Part shown: one piece after another, positions 11,453-22,965 of the stretch
How positions within the stretch are numbered: the first letter of the stretch is position 1
Layout of the letters: every line of letters starts with the position of its first letter
Origin: Octopus bimaculoides
Lineage: Eukaryota
Direction of reading: 5' to 3'
Assembly: GCF_001194135.2 (NCBI RefSeq)
Contig: NC_068983.1
Span: 5,162,586 to 5,212,179 of the forward strand
Length of the DNA stretch: 49,594 nt
The notes under the pieces: generated by a model
The model's input: only the letters and a program-made list of their open reading frames with translations
The model's database searches: none
Told to the model about the DNA's origin: nothing
Translations under genes and position numbers: made by a program

Positions 11453-11923
11453 ATATAAGAAAAACGTTTATAATTATGAACAAGTTACAATTATAACTAA
11501 TAGGGTTAAAAAACCCTTACATGTTAAAAATAGCAGCTAAAACCACTATAAAGCCATTATATCACTCATTTCTCCTCATGATAAAAGCTGTCTTCGAACG
11601 ACATGGCAGATAGAATCCACAACTTGAAAATAATTGGATAATTCCCTATAGCAAATTCGACGTTAGGGACCTCTTAAAGGACCCATATGCCTTGTCAGGG
11701 GAAATATTCCTGAAACAAGACTTTACCTTAGGGCTAGCATGAATCCCGACCAGCAATGGAAACATTTTCACCTCTATCTACACAATCAAGTTTTGAATTC
11801 AAATATATGAGTGATATAATGGCTTTATAGTGGTTTTGGCTGCTATTTTTAACATGTAAGGGTTTTTTTAACCCTGTTAGTTATAATTGTGACTTGTCCA
11901 TAATTATAAATGTTTTTTTTATA
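11453..11923. repeat. Long inverted repeat (arms ~11453-11569 and ~11807-11923)
   Basis: About 110 bp arms with roughly five substitutions and one indel in the core; ~235 bp spacer; immediately downstream of the hammerhead motif. Confidence 0.92.
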
Positions 11924-12981
11924 ACATGCTTGGCCAGTCATATATTCATAAATAATCTTAATTATTTATAATATATTTTCCGTAATGTTTTTACATTAAT
12001 CTCTACTTATATNNNNNNNNNNNNNNNNNNNNNNNNNNNNNNNNNNNNNNNNNNNNNNNNNNNNNNNNNNNNNNNNNNNNNNNNNNNNNNNNNNNNNNNN
12101 NNNNNNNNNNNNNNNNNNNNNNNNNNNNNNNNNNNNNNNNNNNNNNNNNNNNNNNNNNNNNNNNNNATATATATATATATATATAATAGAAATATTAATA
12201 TTTCTAAGTCTCTCTAAAAGAGACTACGGCAATGGTACTGGAAATTAATAGTTATCGCCAAGCTAACATGGCAATCCAGGAAAATAGGATGAATGCTGCT
12301 GTTGATTAGCTCCAAGAGGTCATCGCTTCTAGCTAGCTATGTGACTCACGAACCTGTGTCCATTACAACCTTCGAACAGGGGAGGTCAGCCACTTCCCCT
12401 TGCTAGTTTATATANNNNNNNNNNATATATATATATATATATATATTGTTGCTGTTGTTCTTGTTATTATCAAGCTAGTGTGAAATGCAAATGCTGTTAA
12501 AAAAGTACTCAATACTGTCAAGAAGAGTGGAATAACATAGATTCAAAGCTGAATTTTTATGAGCTGTAACTCCGAGTTTCTCCTCCTTGATCCTTGGGTG
12601 ACAAATCCTTTAGTGAACAAAACTTTCTTACAAACACATCAATTTGATCCGTTTGGATCAAACTGAAAGAGACTTTGCAGGATTTACTTGTTTTTCAAAT
12701 GGACACATGAAGAAATCTTTTACCTTTTACTTGTTTCAGTTATTAGACTGTGGCCATGCTGGGGCAACACCTTGAAAACATTTTTTAGTCAAATAGATCA
12801 ACCATAGTATTTATTTATTTTAAACCTGTTGCCAAACTGGTAAGTTACAATGATGTAAACACACCAACACCGGCTGTCAAGTAGTGATGTAGTGGGAGGA
12901 GTGGTGGTGGTGGTGGTAAACATAGACACACATATTCGTAAGTATATCATAAGAGTTTAGAAATATTGAGAGATATGAAAT

Positions 12982-13164
12982 AAATCATTTTTAACAGTGG
13001 AATTCAAGTAGGTAAGTAATACAGTTCAACTTTACAGGAGATGTGGGTTCAACTTCCATGGGAAGCTTTTGACTTTGTTTCCTACCAAGGGGTTTCTTAC
13101 CCCAATATTTACATGCTATTTTCATAGCTTCACCTATTTCAAGTTCCACTGTTAAAGATGATTT
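12982..13164. repeat. Short imperfect inverted repeat (~33 bp arms)
   Basis: aaatcatttttaacagtggaattcaagtaggt versus the reverse complement aaatcatctttaacagtggaacttgaaataggt. Confidence 0.75.
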
Positions 13165-13168
13165 TCAT

Positions 13169-13199
<31 letters not shown>

Positions 13200-13336
13200 T
13201 TTGTGGGTTAACAAGACTACCAATGGTTTCATGTGAAGAGGAACCTCTTAACAATTATCAAACTTGCCACATTGATGTAGCCTTGTTAAACCACAAATAA
13301 AGTGTTGAGCTTTCGTCCCGACGGATCAATATTAGC

Positions 13337-13380
<44 letters not shown>

Positions 13381-13404
13381 GTATATATATACATATATAT
13401 AATA

Positions 13405-13787
13405 CAGGGTGTTCAAAAAGTCTCTCCTCACTAAGTATTTTATTGCAAAATAAATCTTTAGAAGATGGTATAAGACCACAAAAGAATATATTTGACTTAG
13501 GTACAAGACTTTAAAAAACTTTATAAGAGGTGTTGAAAGTGTCGTCCTTCCTTTTCAATACGTAAGTTGACTCTTCTCCACATGTTTTGAAATACACCTC
13601 AGAGAGTCTGACATGGTTACGGACCATGTGAAGGTTATGATTGTGTCTTTGAGCACATTAATGGTCTTCGGGTGATTCTTGTACACTGATCCTTTACTTG
13701 TTTCCCAGAATAAAAAGTCTGGCAGTGTTAAATCAAGTGATCTTGCTGGCCAAAGACCCTTTGAAATAATCCGTTCACCGAAAAATT
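13405..13787 (-). mobile_element. Tc1/mariner-superfamily transposon, transposase C-terminus plus terminal repeat
   Basis: Minus translation FFGERIISKGLWPARSLDLTLPDFLFW...VYKNHPKTINVLKDTI then (frameshift) VFQNMWRRVNLRIEKEGRHFQHLL*, i.e. the WPPRSPDLTPxDF and GGHFQHLL motifs; end ta|cagggtgttcaaaaagtc. Confidence 0.9.
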
Positions 13788-14086
13788 TGCTATTTTGTCC
13801 TTTTAACTGTAATGTTTTGAAAAGTCACTTAAAATAAATTAGTGTTCTGTCCAGTGGATTGGGAAATTGTTACATTTTGGTTGGCATCATTTTGTGATCA
13901 ACTGAAATTCTTATAATGCATTCCAAATGAAACCAGAATTATAGAATTCTATAATAATAACAGAAAATTATGACTAAAATTTTAAAAAACTGAAATTTCT
14001 CCTAAACTCTTTGGAATTTATCCTTAATATTGGCCAGGCAAGACAAGTTGAATTGAACATTTTTTCTAAAACAAGAAAAAAAAATC

Positions 14087-14314
14087 TTTTGGTACCAACC
14101 GACACACAAAATCACCCTTGATCCTATGTTACAAACTCTGTGTTTTAAAGTGATTTAAACTAAAAACCTTCCACTAAAATTTCATGATAATTTATCTACA
14201 AAACCCCAGCTTAATAATGACAAAGTTGCATTATTAAATTCTTCATTATTTTGAAAATTGAAACAAAAACAAAAGCAGAGGATTTCAACAGGAATATGGT
14301 AACTAAAGGGTTAA
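14087..14314 (-). mobile_element. TTAA-ended MITE (ttaacccttt... family), one end degenerate
   Basis: Ends in atatggtaactaaagggttaa; a related end (cagtatcagaagggttaa) occurs at ~25095-25131. Confidence 0.6.
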
Positions 14315-14929
14315 AGATAAACTTGACTTCAAGTTAACATGATCTTTATATAACTGTTAAAGTACCCATTACACTCTGCGAAGGAGTTGGTGAAGGAAAG
14401 GCATCGAACTTTCGAAACCATACTAAAACAGACATTGGAACATGATGTAGTGTCGCCTAATTCCGCAGCTCACACTGAACCATCCGATCCATGCCAGTAT
14501 GGAAAATATTAAATGATGACCAGAGAGAAAAAGAGCAAGGAAAACCAGTGTGTAGTGACTCACTCTACCCAACCCCTTTGAAACTTCTGAGAGGTCATTA
14601 TTTTGTTTTTCAGTTATTCCAACACTTAACAAATTTATCTTTACACCTTTTGGTGAATGAACTATAAAAATTTCTTCTATTTTTTTTTGTACACTTCCAG
14701 GGAGGGAAAATGGGGTGGGGGGACAAACTTCTAAGGAGGGAAACATGTCCAAAATTTTTAAGAATCTTCGCTTAACAGAATTTACTTTGTTCTATTTCTA
14801 ATTCCATCATTTACCAAAGTTCTGCAAGTTGATAAAATACAGTGCTGTAGTGGTTCTTTGACAAGAATATTTCTTCACTAAAATTGGGATAAAGGTGGGA
14901 TAAAGACCCTTTTTGAGTCATATAGATTC

Positions 14930-15145
14930 GTAGGGCTAGTTTCCTGGTTTCCTGTGGTGCATGTATTTCCCCCTGGATGGGATAGTGGTCTATTGCAGGA
15001 AAAATCATTTTTGCCAGCTGAGGAGACTGGAATAACATCAAAGTTAAAGTGTCCAAGAACACAACACATTGCTCAGTCCAGGATTTGAAACCACAATCTG
15101 ATGATTATGCGTGCAACACCCTAACTACTAAGTTGTGTGCCTCCT
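14930..15145 (-). mobile_element. tRNA-derived SINE family F
   Basis: Minus strand begins gaggcacacaacttagtagttagggtgttgcac...gtggtttcaaatcctgg (A/B-box-like), same head type as 24168 and 38052. Confidence 0.7.
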
Positions 15146-15675
15146 CAAAAGAAATGATTCTCTTTTCTCTCTCTCTTTTTCTTTTGCACATCACTCAAAA
15201 AAAAACCTTAGTTTATTCATCTCAAAAAAAAATGAAAGAAAAAATCTGCTGCCACAACCAGTCTTAGATGCTCAGCATTTTAGTCCTTATTCTGCATGGC
15301 TTAATTCTGGTGATGTTCTTTTATTCATTGTCATTTTCTCAGTCCTCCTGTGCCTGAACTCTGTGGAATACAAAGATTATGAAACTGGAGGTGGGGAGGA
15401 ATCTCCACCAGCCCTCAGGTTGGTACCCAGCTGAATAGGCTGAGGCAAAAAAAAAAAAAAAAAAAAGATAATGAAGTGGTTTTCTCATGACCACAGAACC
15501 CGTGGCTTTATGGCTGTGAGCTCAACAATCACAAGGCCTTGCACCTTTATCGTTTAAAGAAATGAAAATCTAAAGAATAAATAAGATTTTATAGGAATTG
15601 CCATATTTCTGCTGGGGCGGAGTGGGTGGAGAGTCTTGTATATTTATGGGAGGAGATTCTACACAAGTAGATTCA

Positions 15676-16045
15676 GACATGGCTGTGTGGTAAGAAGTTT
15701 GCTTTTCAACCACATGGTTCCAGGTTCAGATCCATTGCATGGCACCTTGGACAAGTGTCTTCTATCATAGCCTTAGGCTGACCAAAGCCTTGTGAGTGGA
15801 TTTGGTAGACGGAAACTGAAAGAAGCCTATCATCTGTGTATGTATGTGTGTGTTTGTTTCTTGTCACTACTTGACAACCAGTGTTGGTTTGTTTACATCC
15901 TCATAACTTAGCAGTTCAGCAAAAGAGACTGATAGAATAAGTACCAGGCTTAAAGAGAATATAAATACTGGTGTTGATTTATTCGATTAATATTCTTCAA
16001 GGAAGTGCCCCAGCATGGTCACAGTCAAATGACTGAAACAAGTAA
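15676..16045 (+). mobile_element. Composite SINE family A+B
   Basis: Head, TG tract and tail ending cccagcatggtcacagtcaaatgactgaaacaagtaaaaga. Confidence 0.85.
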
Positions 16046-16411
16046 AAGATAGAAAAGATAAAAGATGAAGTATCTGAGAAAAAAGCAAATCTGCAAAACT
16101 TGTCAGGAAATATCTGGTCTGTTCATTAAGTGATTCGTTTCTAAGATTAATTAATTAAAAGTTTGCTTTTCGAAATATTTAATTCTTTAAAATGAAACTA
16201 AATTAAAGAAACAAAACCTAAATTAAAATTATTTATTGTACAAAAGGAAATAAAAATATTTTGATGCATCATGGGAGGGTCATTATGCTGATAATTAAAC
16301 ACACCCACTGGTTCTGATTCACTTCCTTATTTTATTTTTAATGATTAATTGATTGACTATTTAACCAGTTTAATTGTTTAATTAATTGTTAAGTAAATTA
16401 GTCAACCAGAC

Positions 16412-16472
16412 CTGCAGGAAAGAGAGAATGTCATTGATGCAGTCACAAATGGTGGCAACAACCGGAATTTGA
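16412..16472 (-). CDS. Candidate internal exon, unidentified protein ((S)QIPVVATICDCINDILSFLQ)
   Basis: Open frame in unique sequence; acceptor caatcag, weak donor CAG|gtctgg; phase-compatible with 16593-16632. No homology recognised. Confidence 0.2.
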
Positions 16473-16592
16473 CTGATTGACTGACTGAATGATTAATTAA
16501 ACAATAAAATTAATTAACTGGTTAAATAATTAACCAGTTGATTAATAATGATAAAAGAAGTTCACATGTTTATTATTGGCATAATGACCTAC

Positions 16593-16632
16593 CTGAAATA
16601 CGATAGAAGACGTTGGAGGGTTAACTTGAAAT
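16593..16632 (-). CDS. Candidate internal exon, unidentified protein ((D)FKLTLQRLLSYF(S))
   Basis: Acceptor ttacttcccacaag, strong donor CAG|gtaggt; alternative acceptors and frames exist upstream. Confidence 0.22.
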
Positions 16633-16914
16633 CTTGTGGGAAGTAATTTACAAGACACTAATTTACTGCATGCTTTGACTCTAAAATTAAGAGCGAATCA
16701 GATTCAAATGAGTCTCAAAAGAAGGAGTCATAAAGTGAGAATCCACTGAGTCACACTAGTTACTCTCCTTTGCAAAATATAAACAGATTACATACACACA
16801 CACACACACATACCGGAGTAAGCACATAAATGTGAAATAAGGTGGTAAAAAAAGAGTACTCAAATACCAGAGGTAGAGTAATATGCTTTATTTAAAAGCA
16901 GCAGAAATATCACA

Positions 16915-16960
16915 AAAACTGTTACTCAAAGTTTCACATTCGCATTCGTCAGACAGTTTT
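16915..16960 (-). ncRNA. Minimal type I hammerhead ribozyme motif, canonical core
   Basis: AAAACTGT-CTGACGA-ATG cgaa TGT-GAAA-CTTTGAG-TA-ACAGTTTT: perfect 8 bp stem I, 3 bp stem II, GUA cleavage triplet. Confidence 0.75.
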
Positions 16961-16975
16961 GTTAGAATTTAAAAC

Positions 16976-17021
16976 AAAACTGCCCGACAAACGGGAACGT
17001 GAAACTCTGAGTAACAGTTTT
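16976..17021 (+). ncRNA. Degenerate hammerhead twin (core CCGACAA)
   Basis: AAAACTGC-CCGACAA-ACG ggaa CGT-GAAA-CTCTGAG-TA-ACAGTTTT; stems largely intact but core positions 4 and 8 differ from consensus. Confidence 0.55.
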
Positions 17022-17053
17022 TGTGATATTTCTGTTGACTTTAATAAAGTATA

Positions 17054-17084
<31 letters not shown>

Positions 17085-17119
17085 TTTATATGAATATACT
17101 CACACACACATATATATAA

Positions 17120-17522
17120 TATCCATATATATAAATATAGATGGAAGCGCAATGGCCCAATGCTTAAGGCAGCGGACTCGTGGTTGCAGGATAGCGGTTC
17201 CGATTCCCAGACCAGGCGTTGTGAGTGTTTATTGAGTGAAAACACCTAAAGCTCCACGAGGTTCCGGCAGGGGATAGGTGGCGAACCCTGCTGTACTCTT
17301 TCACCACAATTTTCTCTCACTCTTACTCCCTGTTTCTGTTGTGCCTGTAATTCAAAGGGTCAGCCTTGTCACACTCTGTGTAAGGCTGAATCTCCCCGAG
17401 AACTACGCTAAGGGTACACGTGTCTGTGGAGTGCTCAGCCACTTGCACGTTAATTTCACGAGCAGGCTGTTCCGTTGATCGGATCAATTGGAACACCCAT
17501 CGTCATAGCCGACGGAGTACCA
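17120..17522 (+). mobile_element. tRNA-derived SINE family E, near full length
   Basis: Head gcaatggcccaatgcttaaggcagcggactcg...ggttccgattccc; CpG-rich; tail shared with 24522-24640; 5' part also at ~42480-42650(-). Confidence 0.85.
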
Positions 17523-18876
17523 CGATATATAAATACACACGCACATATATAAATATGTGTGTAAGCATAGCCTCTTTATTCAATGTTAGATAATTCCTGG
17601 AAGAAAACTAAATCTATTTGTGTAGTTGTCAACGTGAGATGCCAAAATGCCTAGAAGGTTCCATTTTAATCTGATTTAATCCACTGCTTTCACAGCAATT
17701 AACATGTTAGTTAATTGTTGTTAAGACTTATGACATCATCCCCCCCCCCGTTTTCAAATTCCGTCACTTTAAGTATTTAATCTCCATTTCATTTTTTGGT
17801 TCCTCTTCTTCCTTCGTGATTTTTTTAAACATTGAGTTCATTCTGGTTATCTCAATCATTTGCTAATCCCTTTCCACAATTCTTATTAACAAAATGACAT
17901 CAACAGCAGCAACAACAGCAAATATATAAATATTTTATTTATTTTCTTGCCGACGGTGTTGTGTTTCATAGCGCTAAAAATAAGAGGCACTGTTGAAGGT
18001 CTCCTCTTCACGTAGCATGAATAATGCTTAATAAAGATATTTTTTTTGTTTAAGCTCCAAGTTATAACCATGAATGGATTTCAGATTAGTATTCAAATTG
18101 ACAAAACACACATCAGTTTTATCATGCTCCCACTGTTTATTGCTGTGAGATGTATTTTCTTCCGGTGAAAAATTATAAAAGGGAATTACTATCGTATGAA
18201 GTTTGACTAAAACCTTGTTCATTTTAATTCAAAATTTATTTGACAATATCTAAATATTCTGAACACAGCCTCATAGATTTTAAGAATATTTTGTCATAAA
18301 TTTGAATTATTGATCTGGAACTTCTATTGAAACTTGTATACATAAAACACAGATACCTGTCCAACCCATGCTAGCATGGAAAGCGGACGTTAAATGATGA
18401 TGATGATGATGAAAGATAAGCAAGTCAGAACTAAAAGGTCCCTGTTGATTTCAATTCTACTAAAAGTGTTGAGTAAAATAATGAGCAATACTTTTTTTGA
18501 GGTTAAATTGTTTTTATAGGCATGAGTGTGCGGTAAGAAGCTTGTTTCCCAACCTCATGGTTCCAGTTTCATTCCTATTGTGTGGCATCTTGAGAAAATG
18601 TCTTCTACTATAGCCTCAGGCCAACCAAAACCTTGAGAGTGAATCTGGTAGATGGAAACTGAAAGAAGCCCATCGTGTGTATGTGTGTGTGTATATGCAT
18701 GAAAGAGAGATACTTGAATGAATTAAAGTGGCTGCTTACTACCTGAAGGGTCATATCAAAATAATTGTATAATTCTCCAACTTTGGTAAACTTCAACACT
18801 GTAAATAGTGGGAGTACTACACAATTGATGTGTGAGCAGCTTAAATCTTCCAATAGGTGTATCTTGAAAAGGACAG

Positions 18877-18910
<34 letters not shown>

Positions 18911-20534
18911 CGGGGCGGTATGCTGAAATGACTTGTTCTCAATAAACTACATTAAAGGCCAAATATTTAATTGTGCTTCTACTACGTAGGAAAATACACC
19001 TTTCTACCATAGACACAAAGCTCGAAATTTCAGGGGAGGGTGGAAGTTGACTTTATTGCTCTCAGTGTTCAACTGGTACTTATTTAATCGACCCCAAAAG
19101 GATGAAATGTAAAGCAGACCTTGGTGGAATTTGAACTCAGAACATTGAAATGAAAGACATGTTGCTAAGCCTTCTGCGTTGATGATTCTGTTAGCTTGCC
19201 GCCCTAACATAGGAGAATAATGAAAATAGAATAATTACACAATATATTCTCTAATTTATGTCACTTAAATTTGTGTCAAATTTGATATATTGACCTAAAT
19301 AATGTAATATAGGGTGTGACGAAAATCCTTTCCCATTTACCGTTCTTCATAAACATTTGAAAAGCAAATATACGTTGAGAACCAATTTGAAAATAATTAA
19401 AGCAAAAGAATGGTAAAGCATTAGCTACATGAAAACACCATTATCAGCCGCCTAACTTCACTCGGACCATAACGATGGTCGTGTAAAATATGAGAGGTTT
19501 CTTTGTCACAGACTGCCATTGGACGTTCTGTTTGAGTTTTACATGGCTTCCTTGAAACAATCATTTTGAACTGCTTGTTATTTTAAATATTTGTCGTATT
19601 TTAATATACAGACACTGACACATATCTGACAATTAACCCAAGTTAACATCCAAATATATACATTGACACATATCAGAGCATTCGTGCTGTCAAAGTCCAT
19701 ATATATACGTTTGAAACCGAGATATGCTGACAGACACATATCTCGGCATTACTCCCTATTTTAAAGTGCAAATACATATACCACACCAACATATATCTGA
19801 ACCCCTGCTTAAACTCAACCCAGACTCAAGATTCCCGTTTCCCCAACAAAACAATTCACCAAAACATATCAAACTTTAAATTATTTTACTCAACCTCACA
19901 ACTGAGAGTTGCCTCCCTTACAAAGAGGGGAGATAACTTTTTCATCTACAAATTGAGATTCTATTATTTTAAAATGTATTTTCTTGTTTTGTAAAATTTT
20001 ACTTTATTTCGTTTTCTTTTTATTTTCCACTTCTTTATTTATAAATTTCCATCTTGCTTCAATTTTAAGAAAACGAGCGATAAAATAAAGAAAAGAAATT
20101 AATTGCTATTTTTTGCCTTTTCCTTTCCGAATACTGAATTCTATAAATTTTCAATGAATATTGACGATATTTCAAGTTTAACAAATTCTTTTGAGATATT
20201 TCATTTGGCTTCGGGTTCGGAACAATTGATGCCTACCGAGTGAATTTGGCTGATGGAAAGTGTGTGGAAGCCTGCTGTATATATATATATATATATATAT
20301 ATATTTCAGGATTAAATAAAAAGGAGACAACAAACGGAAAATATGACATACCTGTATGTATGTATGTATGTATGTATATAATTCCAAGATAGTTAAAGGT
20401 TGTGAATCCGACCAACTAAGGGGTAATATCTATTCAATATACTGCTGGTAGAATACCCAATTATATTAATTATTAATACACAAGTGTCTTTTATTGCATG
20501 GCAATTACACTACTGAATATAATAAATGGGCGAG

Positions 20535-20573
<39 letters not shown>

Positions 20574-20797
20574 TATTATATATCATATTAAGGGCATTAC
20601 TACATGTAAATGCCTCATGCTATAAGGGACTCCTAAAGTCAAAGCTACCATAATAAGTATACAGTGTATCAACAGCGAGGGAATGCAACTTGGAAGCCGC
20701 AAATCATATGATTTCGTAGTTGTTGTACATAATCCACTTTCTAATCGTCAGTGAAGGCATAATCAAGACACAACAAAATTAACAGAATTCAACATAC

Positions 20798-20853
20798 CAG
20801 ATGAACACCAAAAGTATCCAACATAGCACAAAGAAATGCTCACTCTTAAATAT
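20798..20853 (-). CDS. Candidate internal exon, unidentified protein (YLRVSISLCYVGYFWCSS; alternative frame IFKSEHFFVLCWILLVFI)
   Basis: Acceptor tctcttacatag, donor CTG|gtatgt, two open frames, unique sequence. Confidence 0.22.
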
Positions 20854-22239
20854 CTATGTAAGAGACGGACTTTTCAAATTACATCTCGGTACACATGTAT
20901 ATTCGGAGTAATTAAATATATATATATATATAAAACGTGTGTGTTTTCCTCCCCAGGACCAAGGTGCTTGACACATGGCGTTGGTCTGTTTAAATTTCCA
21001 TAGCTAGCGGTTCAATAAAAGAGACCAATAAAATAATCACCAGGCTTTAAAAAAGTAAGTCCTGGCCCTGGGCTCAATTTGTTCAAATAAAACCCTTCAA
21101 GGCTGTGCCCCAGTATGGCCATAGTCCAATGACCTATGCCCTGTGCCTAAAGTAGTAAAGAAAAGAAAAGACCGTTCACACAACTATTATTCGCAACGAA
21201 ATCTTTGCTGAAGCAGAATTTCACTAACGCTCAGCAGTTGTGTCCCTTATGTTTAATGTCCACGAACTTCGTTGCTAATTTTTCGTTGCTGGATCTTAGC
21301 AACAATTACTGTTTTGTTTTTCCACGAATTAGCAACACAAACTTATTTAAAGAATTAATCACATAGGCTACTGTATTACGGAACGAGAGAATCTCGGCTG
21401 TCTAGAAACAGCAATGAAATCCATCAAATCACACACTGCAGCCTTCAAAAAAGAAGGATATATCAAATATCATATATAAAAATATAGTGAGGGTGGCCAT
21501 AGCTGGAAGGCTTTTGATCAGAGGCCTACGCTGACTCAGGGCCAAATGTATTTATTGTATTTATAGAGAAGTATGCAGACATGTTTAACCCCACCAAAAT
21601 CAGGAATGCTATGGGAAGGGGGTCGACATTTTCATCTCCCTGGGGCACAAGAATTTATCCAAATTTTTAGAACATCCCATAAATAATTTCATCTATTGCA
21701 CACGTCCATAACTTTCTTTTGACTTCGTTCTGTTTTATTTAATAAGCAAAGCAATGATGTAATCATCATCATCACCACCACCACCACCACCACCACAACC
21801 ATCATCACCATCATCAGCATTATTGCCTCAACATCCACTTTTCCATATTTGCATGGATAAACAAAGTTTATGGAGACAGGTTTTCTACTGCTGGATGCTC
21901 TTCCTGTCACCAATCCTCACCTATTTCCAGAGAGGGTAATAGTTCTCCTCCATGGTTGGATATATTTTCATGGAAGACTGGCAATGAACAACATCACAGG
22001 TATGATGGAGGTACTCGTTTGCAAGTACCACGTGATGTGAGGACAAGGGAGACACTAACAGACATAAATACTTGACCACCTCACTCATGCCAGAAGCATG
22101 GAACCCCCCCCCCCCACCAATAAACACTGTAAAATGGCTGGCACCAAGGCAAGTTGCATGAAGCCATAGAAACCATGGCAAAGCAGACATTAAAGCTCAA
22201 CACAGTCTGCCAGTTTGTCAGATCCTATTGAACTGTCCA

Positions 22240-22405
22240 CCCTAGTGTAGCTAGGGTGTGTGCCACCCAGGGTGACCCTTCCATTTGCCACCCCTGGACC
22301 CCACAAAAGATACATATTGCCTACAACAGACCCAAAAGGCCGCCCCTTTCAAAGTGCCACCCAGAGGTGGACCGCCTCTACCACCACCCTCTGGCTATGC
22401 TAGTG
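22240..22405. mobile_element. hAT-like MITE (166 bp)
   Basis: Imperfect TIR ccctagtgtagctag / ctggctatgctagtg with a perfect 8 bp TSD ACTGTCCA (22232-22239, 22406-22413), inserted in a LINE-tail remnant. Confidence 0.85.
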
Positions 22406-22649
22406 ACTGTCCAACAGATGCCAGCATGGAAGATGGAAGTCAAATAATGATGATGATGATGATAATAAATACACATTGAGTTTCTTTCAATCATCATCGA
22501 CCAAATCCACTCAGAAACTTTTGCTGGGCCTGGGGCCATGGTAAAATACACTTGCTCAAGTTGCCATGCAGTGGGACTGAAGCCACATTGTTGGGAAGCA
22601 AGTCTCTTAACCACACAGCCATGTCTGCATTTAATTTAAATCATCATTA

Positions 22650-22965
22650 TCATCATCATCATCATCATCGTTTAACGTCCGCTTTCCATGCTAGCATGGG
22701 TTGGACGATTTGACTGAGGACTGGTGAAACCGGATGGCAACACCAGGCTCCAGTCTGATTTGGCAGAGTTTCTACAGCTGGATGCCCTTCCTAATGCCAA
22801 CCACTCCGAGAGTGTAGTGGGTGCTTTTACGTGCCACCGGCACGAGGGTCAGTCAGGCGGTACTGGCAACGGCCACACTCAAAATGGTGTATTTTATGTG
22901 CCACCCGCACAAGAGCCAGTCCAGGGGCACTGGCAACGATCTCGCTCGTTAATGCAATTAGATGG
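22650..22965 (-). mobile_element. RTE LINE 3' UTR with (GAT)n tail (family D), young copy
   Basis: catcatcatcgtttaacgtccgctttccatgctagcatgggttggacg...; at least a dozen related copies in the window (e.g. 29560-29785, 34130-34420, 34650-34880, 35170-35500, 43720-43950, 49465-49580). Confidence 0.85.

Larger units (their letters stand above)
16810..17045. mobile_element. Probable Penelope-like element end with internal palindrome (~16905-17033)
   Basis: Arms gaaatatcacaaaaactgttactc...ttttgtt / aacaaaac...gtaacagtttttgtgatatttc; flanked by CA and TA microsatellites; carries hammerhead motifs. Confidence 0.6.

Noticed and set aside
12205-12256. Hammerhead-like arrangement ctaaaagagactac..gtactggaaattaata
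   Set aside because: The core does not match CUGANGA or a compensatory variant, and stems I and II are mismatched.
12535-12672. Minus-strand frame LIQTDQIDVFVRKFCSL... after a ctctttcag acceptor
   Set aside because: Phase is incompatible with the 16.4 kb candidate and no homology is recognised.
12998-13017. Plus-strand 14 nt micro-exon with AG|gtaagt donor
   Set aside because: It lies in an inverted-repeat arm and has no supporting neighbouring exons.
17120-17215. tRNA-like sequences with A/B boxes (also 24168, 38052 and family A heads)
   Set aside because: They continue into SINE bodies and do not show a complete cloverleaf, so they are SINE heads rather than tRNA genes.
19715-19750. Hairpin ccgagatatg...catatctcgg after GAAA
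   Set aside because: No UH triplet or CUGANGA follows; it is a simple local hairpin.
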